Source: an uncultured Oscillospiraceae bacterium (GTDB lineage Bacteria; Bacillota; Clostridia; Oscillospirales; Acutalibacteraceae). Taken from it: DNA of 64,000 nt. Positions 56,353 to 64,000 of this stretch are shown here, in pieces. Position 1 is the first letter of the stretch. Each line of letters begins with the position of its first letter. Both the position numbers and the translations under genes were made by a program. Location of the stretch: contig UQQT01000007.1 in assembly GCA_900543395.1 (NCBI GenBank), positions 6,520 through 70,519 on the forward strand, in the 5' to 3' direction. The notes under the pieces are model-generated. The model saw only the letters and a list, made by a program, of their open reading frames with translations, searched no databases and was not told where the DNA came from.

Positions 56353-58107
56353 ATGAACACGAATAATATAATCTACGGCATAAACGGTCCCGTTGTAACG
56401 ATTAAGGGCAAGACTGAGCTTAAAATGATGGAAATGGTTTATGTCGGCAAAGAAAAACTCATAGGCGAGGTTATCAAAATTACCGACGACTTCACCACCA
56501 TACAGGTTTATGAGGACACCGTCGGACTTTATCCCGGCGAAGAGGTTATTTCAACGGGCGAACCCATGTGCGTAACATTGGGACCCGGAATCATAGGCAA
56601 CATTTACGACGGAATCGAAAAACCGCTTGCTTCAATTGCGGAAAAAAGCGGAGTTTTCCTCACAAAGGGCGTTAACACCCCGCCTATCGATTACGATAAA
56701 CTTTGGGACGTTACAATAACGGTAAAACCCGGAGACGAAGTTAAGGGCGGTTCGGTTATAGCGACATGCCCCGAATCGGAAATTATAACTCATAAGGTTC
56801 TCGTTCCCCCGACGGTTTCGGGCAAGGTAATCTCCGCAGCCCCCGACGGCAAATACAAGGTAAACGATACCATAGTTACAATAGAACGCCCCGACTCGAC
56901 AAAGCAGGAGCTGACTTTATGTCAGAAGTGGCCTATAAGATACGCCCGTCCGACAGCCGACAGACTTCCCATTTCAAAGCCCCTCGTAACGGGTCAGAGA
57001 ATTCTCGATACAATGTTCCCCGTCGCAATGGGCGGAGCGGCCGCCATCCCGGGAGGCTTCGGAACAGGAAAAACCGTTACACAGCATCAGCTTGCGAAGT
57101 ATTCGAATGCGGACATAATCGTTTACGTCGGATGCGGTGAGCGCGGTAACGAAATGACCCAGGCTCTTAAAGAGTTCTCGGAGCTTACCGACCCCAAAAG
57201 CGGAAAACCCCTGCTTCAGAGAACCGTTCTTATTGCAAACACGTCAAACATGCCCGTCGCTGCCCGTGAAGCTTCGATTTACACGGGCATCACAATAGCC
57301 GAGTATTACAGAGACATGGGATATTCGACTGCAATGATGGCTGACTCAACCTCGCGTTGGGCAGAGGCTTTGAGAGAGATATCCGGACGACTCGAGGAAA
57401 TGCCCGCGGACGAGGGCTACCCCGCATATCTTCCGTCGAGACTTTCCGAATTCTACGAAAGAGCGGGATATTACAAAACTCTCTGCGGTGAGGAAGGCTC
57501 GATTACCGTTATCGGCGCAGTTTCTCCGCAGGGCGCGGACTTCTCCGAACCCGTAACCCAGAACACAAAGAGATTTACCCGCTGTTTCTGGGCTCTTGAC
57601 AAATCGCTCGCGTACGCCCGCCACTACCCCGCTATCAACTGGAACGACAGCTACAGCGAATACCTTTCCGACCTCTCCGAATGGTATGAGGAAAACGTTG
57701 CTTCCGATTTCATGACGCTTCGCGGAAAAATCATGAATATACTCGCCGAGGAAACAAAGCTCATGGAGATTGTCAAGCTGATAGGCTCCGAAATGCTCCC
57801 CGACGATCAAAAACTTACACTCGAAATAGCGAGAGTTATAAGAGTCGGATTCTTACAGCAGAACGCAACGAACCCGACCGACACGTATACCCCGATTACA
57901 AAACATTATCTTATGATGAAAACAATACTTCATCTTTATTCCTGCTCACAGAAAGCGCTCGAAAAGCAAATCCCCGTTTCGCGCATTCTTGCAACGGGAA
58001 TGTTTGATAAGCTTATAAAAATGAAGTATGATATCCCCAATGATAAACCCGAATTATTCGATTCGTATAACGATGAGATAACAAAGGTTTTTGAGTCTCT
58101 TGAATGA
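56353..58107 (+). CDS. V-type ATPase catalytic subunit A
   Basis: Walker A '[14 protein letters not shown]' and '[10 protein letters not shown]'. Confidence 0.95.
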   Translation: MNTNNIIYGINGPVVTIKGKTELKMMEMVYVGKEKLIGEVIKITDDFTTIQVYEDTVGLYPGEEVISTGEPMCVTLGPGIIGNIYDGIEKPLASIAEKSGVFLTKGVNTPPIDYDKLWDVTITVKPGDEVKGGSVIATCPESEIITHKVLVPPTVSGKVISAAPDGKYKVNDTIVTIERPDSTKQELTLCQKWPIRYARPTADRLPISKPLVTGQRILDTMFPVAMGGAAAIPGGFGTGKTVTQHQLAKYSNADIIVYVGCGERGNEMTQALKEFSELTDPKSGKPLLQRTVLIANTSNMPVAAREASIYTGITIAEYYRDMGYSTAMMADSTSRWAEALREISGRLEEMPADEGYPAYLPSRLSEFYERAGYYKTLCGEEGSITVIGAVSPQGADFSEPVTQNTKRFTRCFWALDKSLAYARHYPAINWNDSYSEYLSDLSEWYEENVASDFMTLRGKIMNILAEETKLMEIVKLIGSEMLPDDQKLTLEIARVIRVGFLQQNATNPTDTYTPITKHYLMMKTILHLYSCSQKALEKQIPVSRILATGMFDKLIKMKYDIPNDKPELFDSYNDEITKVFESLE

Positions 58108-58123
58108 AAGGAGAACCGTATAA

Positions 58124-59491
58124 ATGTTAGTTGAACATATAGGACTTAATCAGATTAGCGGTTCCCTTGTCGTTCTCGACGGAGTAGAGGACGCGTTTTA
58201 TGAGGAAATGGTTGAGTTACGGCTTGACGACGGCTCAACGCGTCAGGGCAGAATCGTTCAGATAGAGGGCGACAAAGCCGTTATTCAGGTTTTCGCCGGA
58301 ACAAAGAACCTCTCCATGTCCAACACCGGTACAGTTTTAAAGGGCAAACCTATGGAAATCGCACTCTCCCCCGAAATCGTCGGCAGAGTTTTCGACGGAC
58401 TCGGCAGACCCGCGGACGGACTCGGCGAGATTTTCCCAGAGTGCAGAATGAACATCAACGGAACGGCGATCAACCCCGTTTCCAGAGTTTATCCGCGAAA
58501 CTATATAAATACGGGTATTTCGTCAATCGACTGCCTTGCGACTCTTATCAGAGGACAGAAGCTCCCGATTTTCTCCGGTTCGGGTATGAAGCATAACGAG
58601 CTTGCCGTTCAGATAGTAAGACAGGCGACAATTTCGGACAATGATAATTTCGCTATCGTTTTCGCCGCGATGGGCGTTAAGAACGACGTAGCGGATTACT
58701 TTAAAAAATCATTCGAAAACGCAAACGTTATGAACAGGGTCGTAATGTTCTTAAACCATTCGAATGACCCGATCATAGAGAGAATTATAACGCCCAGATG
58801 CGCGCTGACCGCCGCCGAATATCTTGCATTTAAATGCAATATGAACATACTCGTTATATTAACGGATATGACCTCATATGCGGAGGCTCTGCGTGAATTC
58901 AGTTCATCAAAGGGTGAGATTCCCGGCAGAAAGGGATTTCCCGGCTATCTTTATTCAGACCTTGCTTCGCTTTACGAGAGAGCGGGTATAGTCGAGGGAA
59001 GTGACGGTTCCGTAACTCAGATACCCATTCTCACAATGCCAAACGACGATATAACACACCCGATTCCCGACCTTACGGGATTTATAACAGAGGGTCAGAT
59101 AGTTCTCGACAGAAGCCTTGACGCTACGGGCATATATCCTCCCGTCAGCGTACTCCCTTCTCTTTCGCGACTTATGAAGGACGGTATAGGCGCCGGCTAC
59201 ACGAGAGACGACCATAAGGCTCTCGCCGACCAGCTCTTCGCTTCATACGCAAGCGTTCAGGATGTTAAGAGTCTCGCTTCCGTTATCGGCGAAGAGGAGC
59301 TTTCCGCAAACGACAAGCTTTTGCTTAAATTCGGCAAAGCGTTTGAAGAGAAATTTATTAATCAAGGCAATCAGAACAGAACCATAAACGAAACGCTTGA
59401 TCTCGGCTGGGAGCTGTTATCAATGCTTCCCAGAGAGCTTCTCGACCGTGTCAGCGACGATGTTCTTGACGCTCATTATAAGAAAAAATAA
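58124..59491 (+). CDS. V-type ATPase subunit B
   Basis: 455 aa and a non-catalytic nucleotide-binding fold '[15 protein letters not shown]'. Confidence 0.95.
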   Translation: MLVEHIGLNQISGSLVVLDGVEDAFYEEMVELRLDDGSTRQGRIVQIEGDKAVIQVFAGTKNLSMSNTGTVLKGKPMEIALSPEIVGRVFDGLGRPADGLGEIFPECRMNINGTAINPVSRVYPRNYINTGISSIDCLATLIRGQKLPIFSGSGMKHNELAVQIVRQATISDNDNFAIVFAAMGVKNDVADYFKKSFENANVMNRVVMFLNHSNDPIIERIITPRCALTAAEYLAFKCNMNILVILTDMTSYAEALREFSSSKGEIPGRKGFPGYLYSDLASLYERAGIVEGSDGSVTQIPILTMPNDDITHPIPDLTGFITEGQIVLDRSLDATGIYPPVSVLPSLSRLMKDGIGAGYTRDDHKALADQLFASYASVQDVKSLASVIGEEELSANDKLLLKFGKAFEEKFINQGNQNRTINETLDLGWELLSMLPRELLDRVSDDVLDAHYKKK

Positions 59492-59513
59492 AACTTACCG
59501 GAGGTCGTAATTT

Positions 59514-60119
59514 ATGGCGCAGAATGTTTTTCCGACAAAAAACAATTTAATAAATACGAAAAAGTCGTTAAGGCTCGCCCGCGTCGGTTATGACCTTATG
59601 GATAAGAAACGTAATATTCTTGTCCGCGAGATCATGCAGATGATGGACGACGCAAAGGCTATACAGTCGCAGATTTTCGAAAAATACAGCGACGCTTACC
59701 GTGCTTTGCAGCTGGCAACGGTTTCGCTCGGAGTCTGCGACGACGTTTCACGCTGTGTTCCGATCGACGATTCGCTGAAAGTTACGACTCAAAGCGTTAA
59801 CGGCGTGGAACTGCCGGTTCTGACACTCGAAAATCACGAACGCCGAATTTTCTACGGACTCTCCGCAACAAACAAAGAGCTTGACGACGCGTATATGAAG
59901 TTTAACGAGGTTAAGGAACTGACCGTTAAACTTGCGCAGATAGAAAGCAGTGTCGTTCGTCTTGCAGAGGCGATAAAGAAAACGCAGAAGCGAACGAACG
60001 CGCTCGGAAATATTATGATTCCGCAGTTTGAATCGACCGTCAAGTTTATATCAAACGCGTTGGACGAAAAAGAACGCGAGGACTTCTCACGCTTAAAGGT
60101 TATTAAACAAACTAAGTAA
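59514..60119 (+). CDS. V-type ATPase subunit D
   Basis: 'PTKNNLINTKKSLRLARVGYDLMDKKRNILVREIM' is the subunit D signature start. Confidence 0.9.
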   Translation: MAQNVFPTKNNLINTKKSLRLARVGYDLMDKKRNILVREIMQMMDDAKAIQSQIFEKYSDAYRALQLATVSLGVCDDVSRCVPIDDSLKVTTQSVNGVELPVLTLENHERRIFYGLSATNKELDDAYMKFNEVKELTVKLAQIESSVVRLAEAIKKTQKRTNALGNIMIPQFESTVKFISNALDEKEREDFSRLKVIKQTK

Positions 60120-60127
60120 TACGATAA

Positions 60128-60166
60128 AAACAGACTTTCGATTCGTTTTTCGAAAGCCTGTTTTTT
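60128..60166 (+). terminator. Rho-independent terminator of the V-ATPase operon
   Basis: 'cagactttcgattcgtttttcgaaagcctg' followed by T6. Confidence 0.6.
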
Positions 60167-60181
60167 CTTCTGATTCTTTGT

Positions 60182-60613
60182 TTAAATTACGTAATCGTCC
60201 GCGCTCATTTGCATTTCAATCAAATCCTGAAGCGTGACGGAGTCAAGATATTCGTTTATGACTTTACTAAGCCCCTGCCACAGCGGAAGAGTCGGACAGT
60301 GTTCGCTCCTCGGGCAGTCGATTTCATCCCCGTCAAGGCATGCGACGGGCGCTAAATTACCCTCCGTCGCTCTCAATATATCGCCCGCAGTCAGCTTTTC
60401 GGGAGATTTTGCAAGCCGATATCCGCCCTGGAAACCCCTGTTTGTTTTCAGAATTTCCGCGCGGTTTAAAATAGGAACTATCTGTTCAAGATATTTTTTT
60501 GAAATTTCCTGTCTCTGTGCTATGTCTTTGAGCGCAATATATCCGTCGCCCTGATGCTCGGCAAGGTCTAATAACATTCTCAAAGCGTATCTGCCCTTAG
60601 TCGAAATTTTCAT
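60182..60613 (-). CDS. Rrf2-family transcriptional regulator (IscR/CymR-like, Cys cluster)
   Basis: 'MKISTKGRYALRMLLDLA' wHTH plus 'CLDGDEIDCPRSEHC' cysteines. Confidence 0.85.
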   Translation of the reverse strand: MKISTKGRYALRMLLDLAEHQGDGYIALKDIAQRQEISKKYLEQIVPILNRAEILKTNRGFQGGYRLAKSPEKLTAGDILRATEGNLAPVACLDGDEIDCPRSEHCPTLPLWQGLSKVINEYLDSVTLQDLIEMQMSADDYVI

Positions 60614-60675
60614 AGTTAATTCATCCCCTAAATACTATAATACCATATATTTAATAGGTTTTCAATGCTTTAACA

Positions 60676-60717
60676 TAAAAACGAACCTCCGTTTTTATGG
60701 AGGCTCGTTTTGTTTTT
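60676..60717. terminator. Bidirectional terminator
   Basis: 'cgaacctccgtttttatggaggctcg' flanked by an A-run and a T-run. Confidence 0.6.
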
Positions 60718-61090
60718 AACCGTAATCGTGATATTCGACTATCAGCTGTGATTTTGAATTAACGCCGAGTTTTCTGTAAACCGCGTTCATGTGCGTATTA
60801 ACCGTAGCATACGTAACGCCCAACTTTTCGGCGGCGGATTTTATCGTCATACCTTTTACAAGCAATGAAAATACATCCGTCTCCCTCGGGGTCAATGAGT
60901 TGAATTTTTTGTCCTTTTCGCTTTGAACGTCATCGGAATGAGGATTCGTAATAAACGAAGTGTTCACGCTGACGGATTTTTTCGTCTGTACGTTCGGCTC
61001 GAAGCTTTCAAACGATTCCGTTTCGTTCGGCGCAGAATCCTTCTTTTTATCCGATCTCGAAGAGAAAAGGCGGGTTATAACGTTTGACAT
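60716..61090 (-). CDS. LuxR/GerE-type HTH regulator without receiver domain
   Basis: A disordered Ser-rich N-terminus, then 'LTPRETDVFSLLVKGMTIKSAAEKLGVTYATVNTHMNAVYRKLGV'. Confidence 0.75.
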   Translation of the reverse strand: MSNVITRLFSSRSDKKKDSAPNETESFESFEPNVQTKKSVSVNTSFITNPHSDDVQSEKDKKFNSLTPRETDVFSLLVKGMTIKSAAEKLGVTYATVNTHMNAVYRKLGVNSKSQLIVEYHDYG

Positions 61091-61096
61091 AATTGA

Positions 61097-62386
61097 TTAA
61101 TTTGCATTCTGCTCGAAATAGAACTGCGTTCTGTCCGCAAATCCTGTTGTGAGCGTGAAATAATCATTAAGATAAAGCTTAGGAAGCAAGTTGATATCAA
61201 TTTTCGAATTGGTTTGATCCGTTATAAGCTTGTTAAAGTCGATATCCATAATGAAATGTGAATAAACGTTTATATTGTATTTTAAATTATAATCGATATA
61301 AACGGGTTTTCCGTAATTTTCGGAAGCAGAATCGTTGTTAAAGTAAAGCTTAACATAGGAACCGCGGTATTTTATAGAGTCAAGCTTACCGGTAATGTTG
61401 CCGAAATCTTTAAAATCACTGCCCATACCGCTGAACTCGTTATTATTATCAAGATTCGAAAGATTGAAGAGTTTTCCGTGATTAAGAGTCGTCTTGTCCT
61501 CGGGGATATTAAATATTGTTTCGTCTTTAAGATAAACCGTTATCGATGCGCACTTTACGTCTGCCTGCATATAAACGCCGTAGTCGCCCGTGTTTTTATC
61601 CTTATAACGCTTCTGACATACGAATTTACCTGTATCTTCGGCTTTATACTCAATTTTGCTTACCTCGGACATATCTATCGCGCTGGCAATTTTGCTCTGA
61701 ACTCCGAGCGGGAACTTAACGTTGCAGGTATTGCAGTATTTCTCTCTCCAGTCGGGATTAATGTAGTCGTCCTCGGAATCATGGTCGATTGATGTTAATT
61801 CCTTATCAAGGTCAATGCTTTCAAACTCCGCTTTTTCCTCTTTCGTAAGGAAAGGTCCGATTGAATCAAGAAGCTTTTTCATTTCGGATTTAAATCTCTT
61901 TGATACCTCTTTATTATCGTATGTTTTCGACTGAACGACGCTTCTGTACGACGTACGCATCTTCGGGTTGTCAGGCTTTACTGAATTGAGAATCGTATTA
62001 AACGCGTTAAGATATGTAATATCGCTCTGATCAAGCTTTGAAGCAATACGAAGTACAAGACGCGCGTCGGCGGCTGTAATTCTGCTGTCGCCGTCCATAT
62101 CGCACCGATAGTCAAACTCGCTGTCCGACGGCTTCTGCTCAAGTCCTGCGGTATATCTCAAAAGCTTTCTCGCGTCGGAAACGGTTACGCCGTCCTTAAG
62201 GTCGAAATCACCCATAAACATACTGTCGCTGTCTATGTAGCTTACCGCTTTCGTCCTGTTGGCGTCTGCAAGCTTTATCTCCTCGTCGCTGAAAGAAATA
62301 GGCTCCGTGTCCGCAAAAGCGACAAACGGCATCAGCATACAGCCTGACACAGCTGCGGACGTAATCGCTTTTATAACCTTTTTCAT
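61097..62386 (-). CDS. Secreted protein with N-terminal type-I dockerin and uncharacterised C-terminal region
   Basis: Start set at the Met with a GGGAGGGTGA SD. Signal peptide 'AITSAAVSGCMLMPFVAFA'. Dockerin segments 'GDFDLKDGVTVSDARKLLRY' and 'CDMDGDSRITAADARLVLR'. A 6-bp gap to the LuxR gene suggests co-transcription. Confidence 0.7.
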   Translation of the reverse strand: MKKVIKAITSAAVSGCMLMPFVAFADTEPISFSDEEIKLADANRTKAVSYIDSDSMFMGDFDLKDGVTVSDARKLLRYTAGLEQKPSDSEFDYRCDMDGDSRITAADARLVLRIASKLDQSDITYLNAFNTILNSVKPDNPKMRTSYRSVVQSKTYDNKEVSKRFKSEMKKLLDSIGPFLTKEEKAEFESIDLDKELTSIDHDSEDDYINPDWREKYCNTCNVKFPLGVQSKIASAIDMSEVSKIEYKAEDTGKFVCQKRYKDKNTGDYGVYMQADVKCASITVYLKDETIFNIPEDKTTLNHGKLFNLSNLDNNNEFSGMGSDFKDFGNITGKLDSIKYRGSYVKLYFNNDSASENYGKPVYIDYNLKYNINVYSHFIMDIDFNKLITDQTNSKIDINLLPKLYLNDYFTLTTGFADRTQFYFEQNAN

Positions 62387-62483
62387 AAAGTCACCCTCCC
62401 GGTTTTTGCTGAAATTCATATATTTATATATATATTATCATAAAAATTTTGTTTTGTAAACAGGGATATAAATAAATTTACTA

Positions 62484-62512
62484 TTGAAAAAAACGGCATT
62501 AACCGTTATAAT
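62484..62512 (+). promoter_or_regulatory. Promoter TTGAAA-17-TATAAT
   Basis: TTGAAA at 62484-62489, a 17-nt spacer, then TATAAT at 62507-62512. Confidence 0.45.
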
Positions 62513-62573
62513 ATTTAAGTGGTAAAAATACATCTTAAAATCGGATGTTAAAAACCGAAAGGAGAAATTTACA

Positions 62574-63266
62574 ATGACCTATTCTCATGAAGTAGAAACA
62601 ATGTGCGTTGTTAAACAGGGTCCGAACCACGGTCCCGCTCCCATTCCCGAGGAGGGCAAATGGGTAAAAGCAAAAGAAATCACCGATATTTCCGGATTTA
62701 CTCACGGTGTCGGCTGGTGCGCTCCCCAGCAGGGCGCGTGCAAGCTTTCCCTTAATATTAAGAACGGCGTTATCGAGGAAGCTCTCGTTGAGACCATCGG
62801 ATGTTCCGGTATGACTCACTCCGCCGCAATGGCGAGCGAGATTCTCCCCGGCAAGACCATCCTTGAGGCTCTTAACACCGACCTCGTATGCGACGCTATC
62901 AACACCGCTATGCGCGAGCTTTTCCTTCAGATCGTTTACGGACGTTCACAGTCCGCTTTCTCCGACGACGGACTTTCTGTCGGCGCAGGACTTGAGGATC
63001 TCGGCAAGGGACTTCGTTCGCAGGTCGGCACTATGTACGGCACTAAGCTCAAGGGCGTTCGTTACCTTGAAATGGCTGAGGGCTACGTTACCAGAATGGC
63101 TCTTGACGAGAACGACGAGGTTATCGGCTATGAGTTCGTTTCTCTCGGAAAGATGACCGACTTCATCAAGAAGGGCGACGATCCCACGACCGCTTACGAC
63201 AAGGCAAAAGGTACCTACGGCAGATTCGCAGAAGCCGCTAAGTACATTGATCCCCGTAAGGAATAA
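62574..63266 (+). CDS. NifU/IscU-like N-terminal domain protein with C-terminal extension
   Basis: 'GWCAPQQGACKLSL...ETIGCSGMTHSAAMASEILPGKTILEAL' parallels IscU 'GNPACGD...GCGSAIASSS...GKTLEEA'. A 100-aa unrelated C-terminus follows. Confidence 0.55.
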   Translation: MTYSHEVETMCVVKQGPNHGPAPIPEEGKWVKAKEITDISGFTHGVGWCAPQQGACKLSLNIKNGVIEEALVETIGCSGMTHSAAMASEILPGKTILEALNTDLVCDAINTAMRELFLQIVYGRSQSAFSDDGLSVGAGLEDLGKGLRSQVGTMYGTKLKGVRYLEMAEGYVTRMALDENDEVIGYEFVSLGKMTDFIKKGDDPTTAYDKAKGTYGRFAEAAKYIDPRKE

Positions 63267-63286
63267 GATAAGGAGGTAAACGGACA

Positions 63287-64000
63287 TGGCATTATTTGAA
63301 AACTATGAGAGAAGAGCCGATAAGATTCTCGGCGTTCTCAAGGAATACGGCATTAATTCTATCGAAGAATGTAAAGATATCACTCTTGCCAAGGATATCG
63401 ACTGCGATAAAATCGTAAGAGGCACCCAGCCTATCTGCTTCGAAAACGCAGTTTGGGCATACACCGTAGGATGCGCTATCGCTGTCAAAAAAGGATGCGT
63501 AAAGGCAGCAGACGCCGCCGCCGCTATCGGCGAAGGACTTCAGTCCTTCTGCATCCCCGGCTCCGTTGCAGACAACCGTAAGGTCGGTCTCGGACACGGC
63601 AACCTCGGCAAGATGCTCCTTTCCGAGGAGACCGAGTGCTTCTGCTTCCTCGCAGGACATGAGTCATTCGCGGCAGCAGAGGGCGCAATCAAAATCGCTC
63701 TTAACGCTAACAAGGTTAGAACCAAGCCTCTGCGCGTTATTCTTAACGGTCTGGGCAAGGACGCGGCTATGATTATTTCGAGAATCAACGGCTTCACCTA
63801 CTGCAAGACCGAGTTCGATCCCTACACCGAGACTGTCAAGGTTGTAAGCGAGACCGCTTACTCAAACGGCGACAGAGCTAAGGTTAAATGCTACGGCGCA
63901 GACAACGTTCCCGAGGGCGTTGCTATCATGAAGCTTGAAAAAGTAGGCGTTTCCATCACCGGTAACTCGACCAACCCCACCAGATTCCAGCACCCCGTTG
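63287..64000 (+). CDS. GGGtGRT-family protein, 3' truncated by window end
   Basis: Open frame from the ATG at 63287 to the window end. Cys-rich, 'ICFENAVWAYTVGCAIAVKKGC...ECFCFLAGHE'. Family assignment is from memory. Confidence 0.5.

Noticed and set aside
63292-63797. Minus-strand ORFs of 61-122 aa near the window end
   Set aside because: They lie antisense to the open GGGtGRT-family frame that runs to the window edge.

Overview
The window reads as a 64-kb chromosomal segment from an anaerobic Firmicute (Clostridia). Two type-I dockerin modules suggest a cellulosome-bearing Ruminococcus/Oscillospiraceae-like organism; this is an inference, not a classification.

Housekeeping genes are dense and mostly well supported:
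- radA, followed by a CwlD-like amidase and a cyclophilin PPIase.
- The classic Firmicute block ffs (SRP RNA)-dnaX-ybaB-recR.
- An acyl-CoA ligase followed by a four-subunit 2-oxoacid:ferredoxin oxidoreductase (delta-alpha-beta-gamma).
- A queT transporter preceded by a candidate preQ1-I riboswitch, then an OmpR/histidine-kinase pair.
- tRNA-Met/Ile2 (CAU) and tRNA-Leu (UAG).
- A glycan-utilisation locus: GH4 6-phospho-beta-glucosidase, ROK/BadF kinase, Gfo/Idh/MocA oxidoreductase, sugar-phosphate isomerase, HAD hydrolase, a GPH symporter and a GH35 beta-galactosidase.
- LCP and RluA family genes, a 912-aa amidase, a DEDDh exonuclease and copZ.
- A complete nine-gene V-type ATPase operon (G-C-I-K-F-E-A-B-D).
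- An Rrf2 regulator, a LuxR-type regulator co-operonic with an N-terminal-dockerin protein, and a NifU-like plus GGGtGRT pair.

Accessory and decayed content:
- A degraded integrated element abutting the tRNA-Met 3' end. It contains a frameshifted dockerin, a BhlA-like holin with an in-frame stop, a frameshifted phage holin, and an ATTGTAAG repeat/hairpin cluster.
- A truncated DUF92 gene next to a fragmented BspA-type LRR gene.
- An island containing a DUF1963 gene.

The strongest novel candidate is an unannotated, self-contained 41-codon gene in the 7409-7738 gap. It has a consensus sigma-A promoter, an SD, and a terminator. It encodes a Lys-rich amphipathic peptide that looks like a leaderless bacteriocin, a PSM, or a type I toxin.

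Secondary candidates are a 76-aa 4-Cys peptide downstream of a 1271-aa surface protein and an uncharacterised two-gene Cys/His-enzyme plus acyltransferase-like operon. No CRISPR array, restriction-modification system or obvious known defence system was seen.
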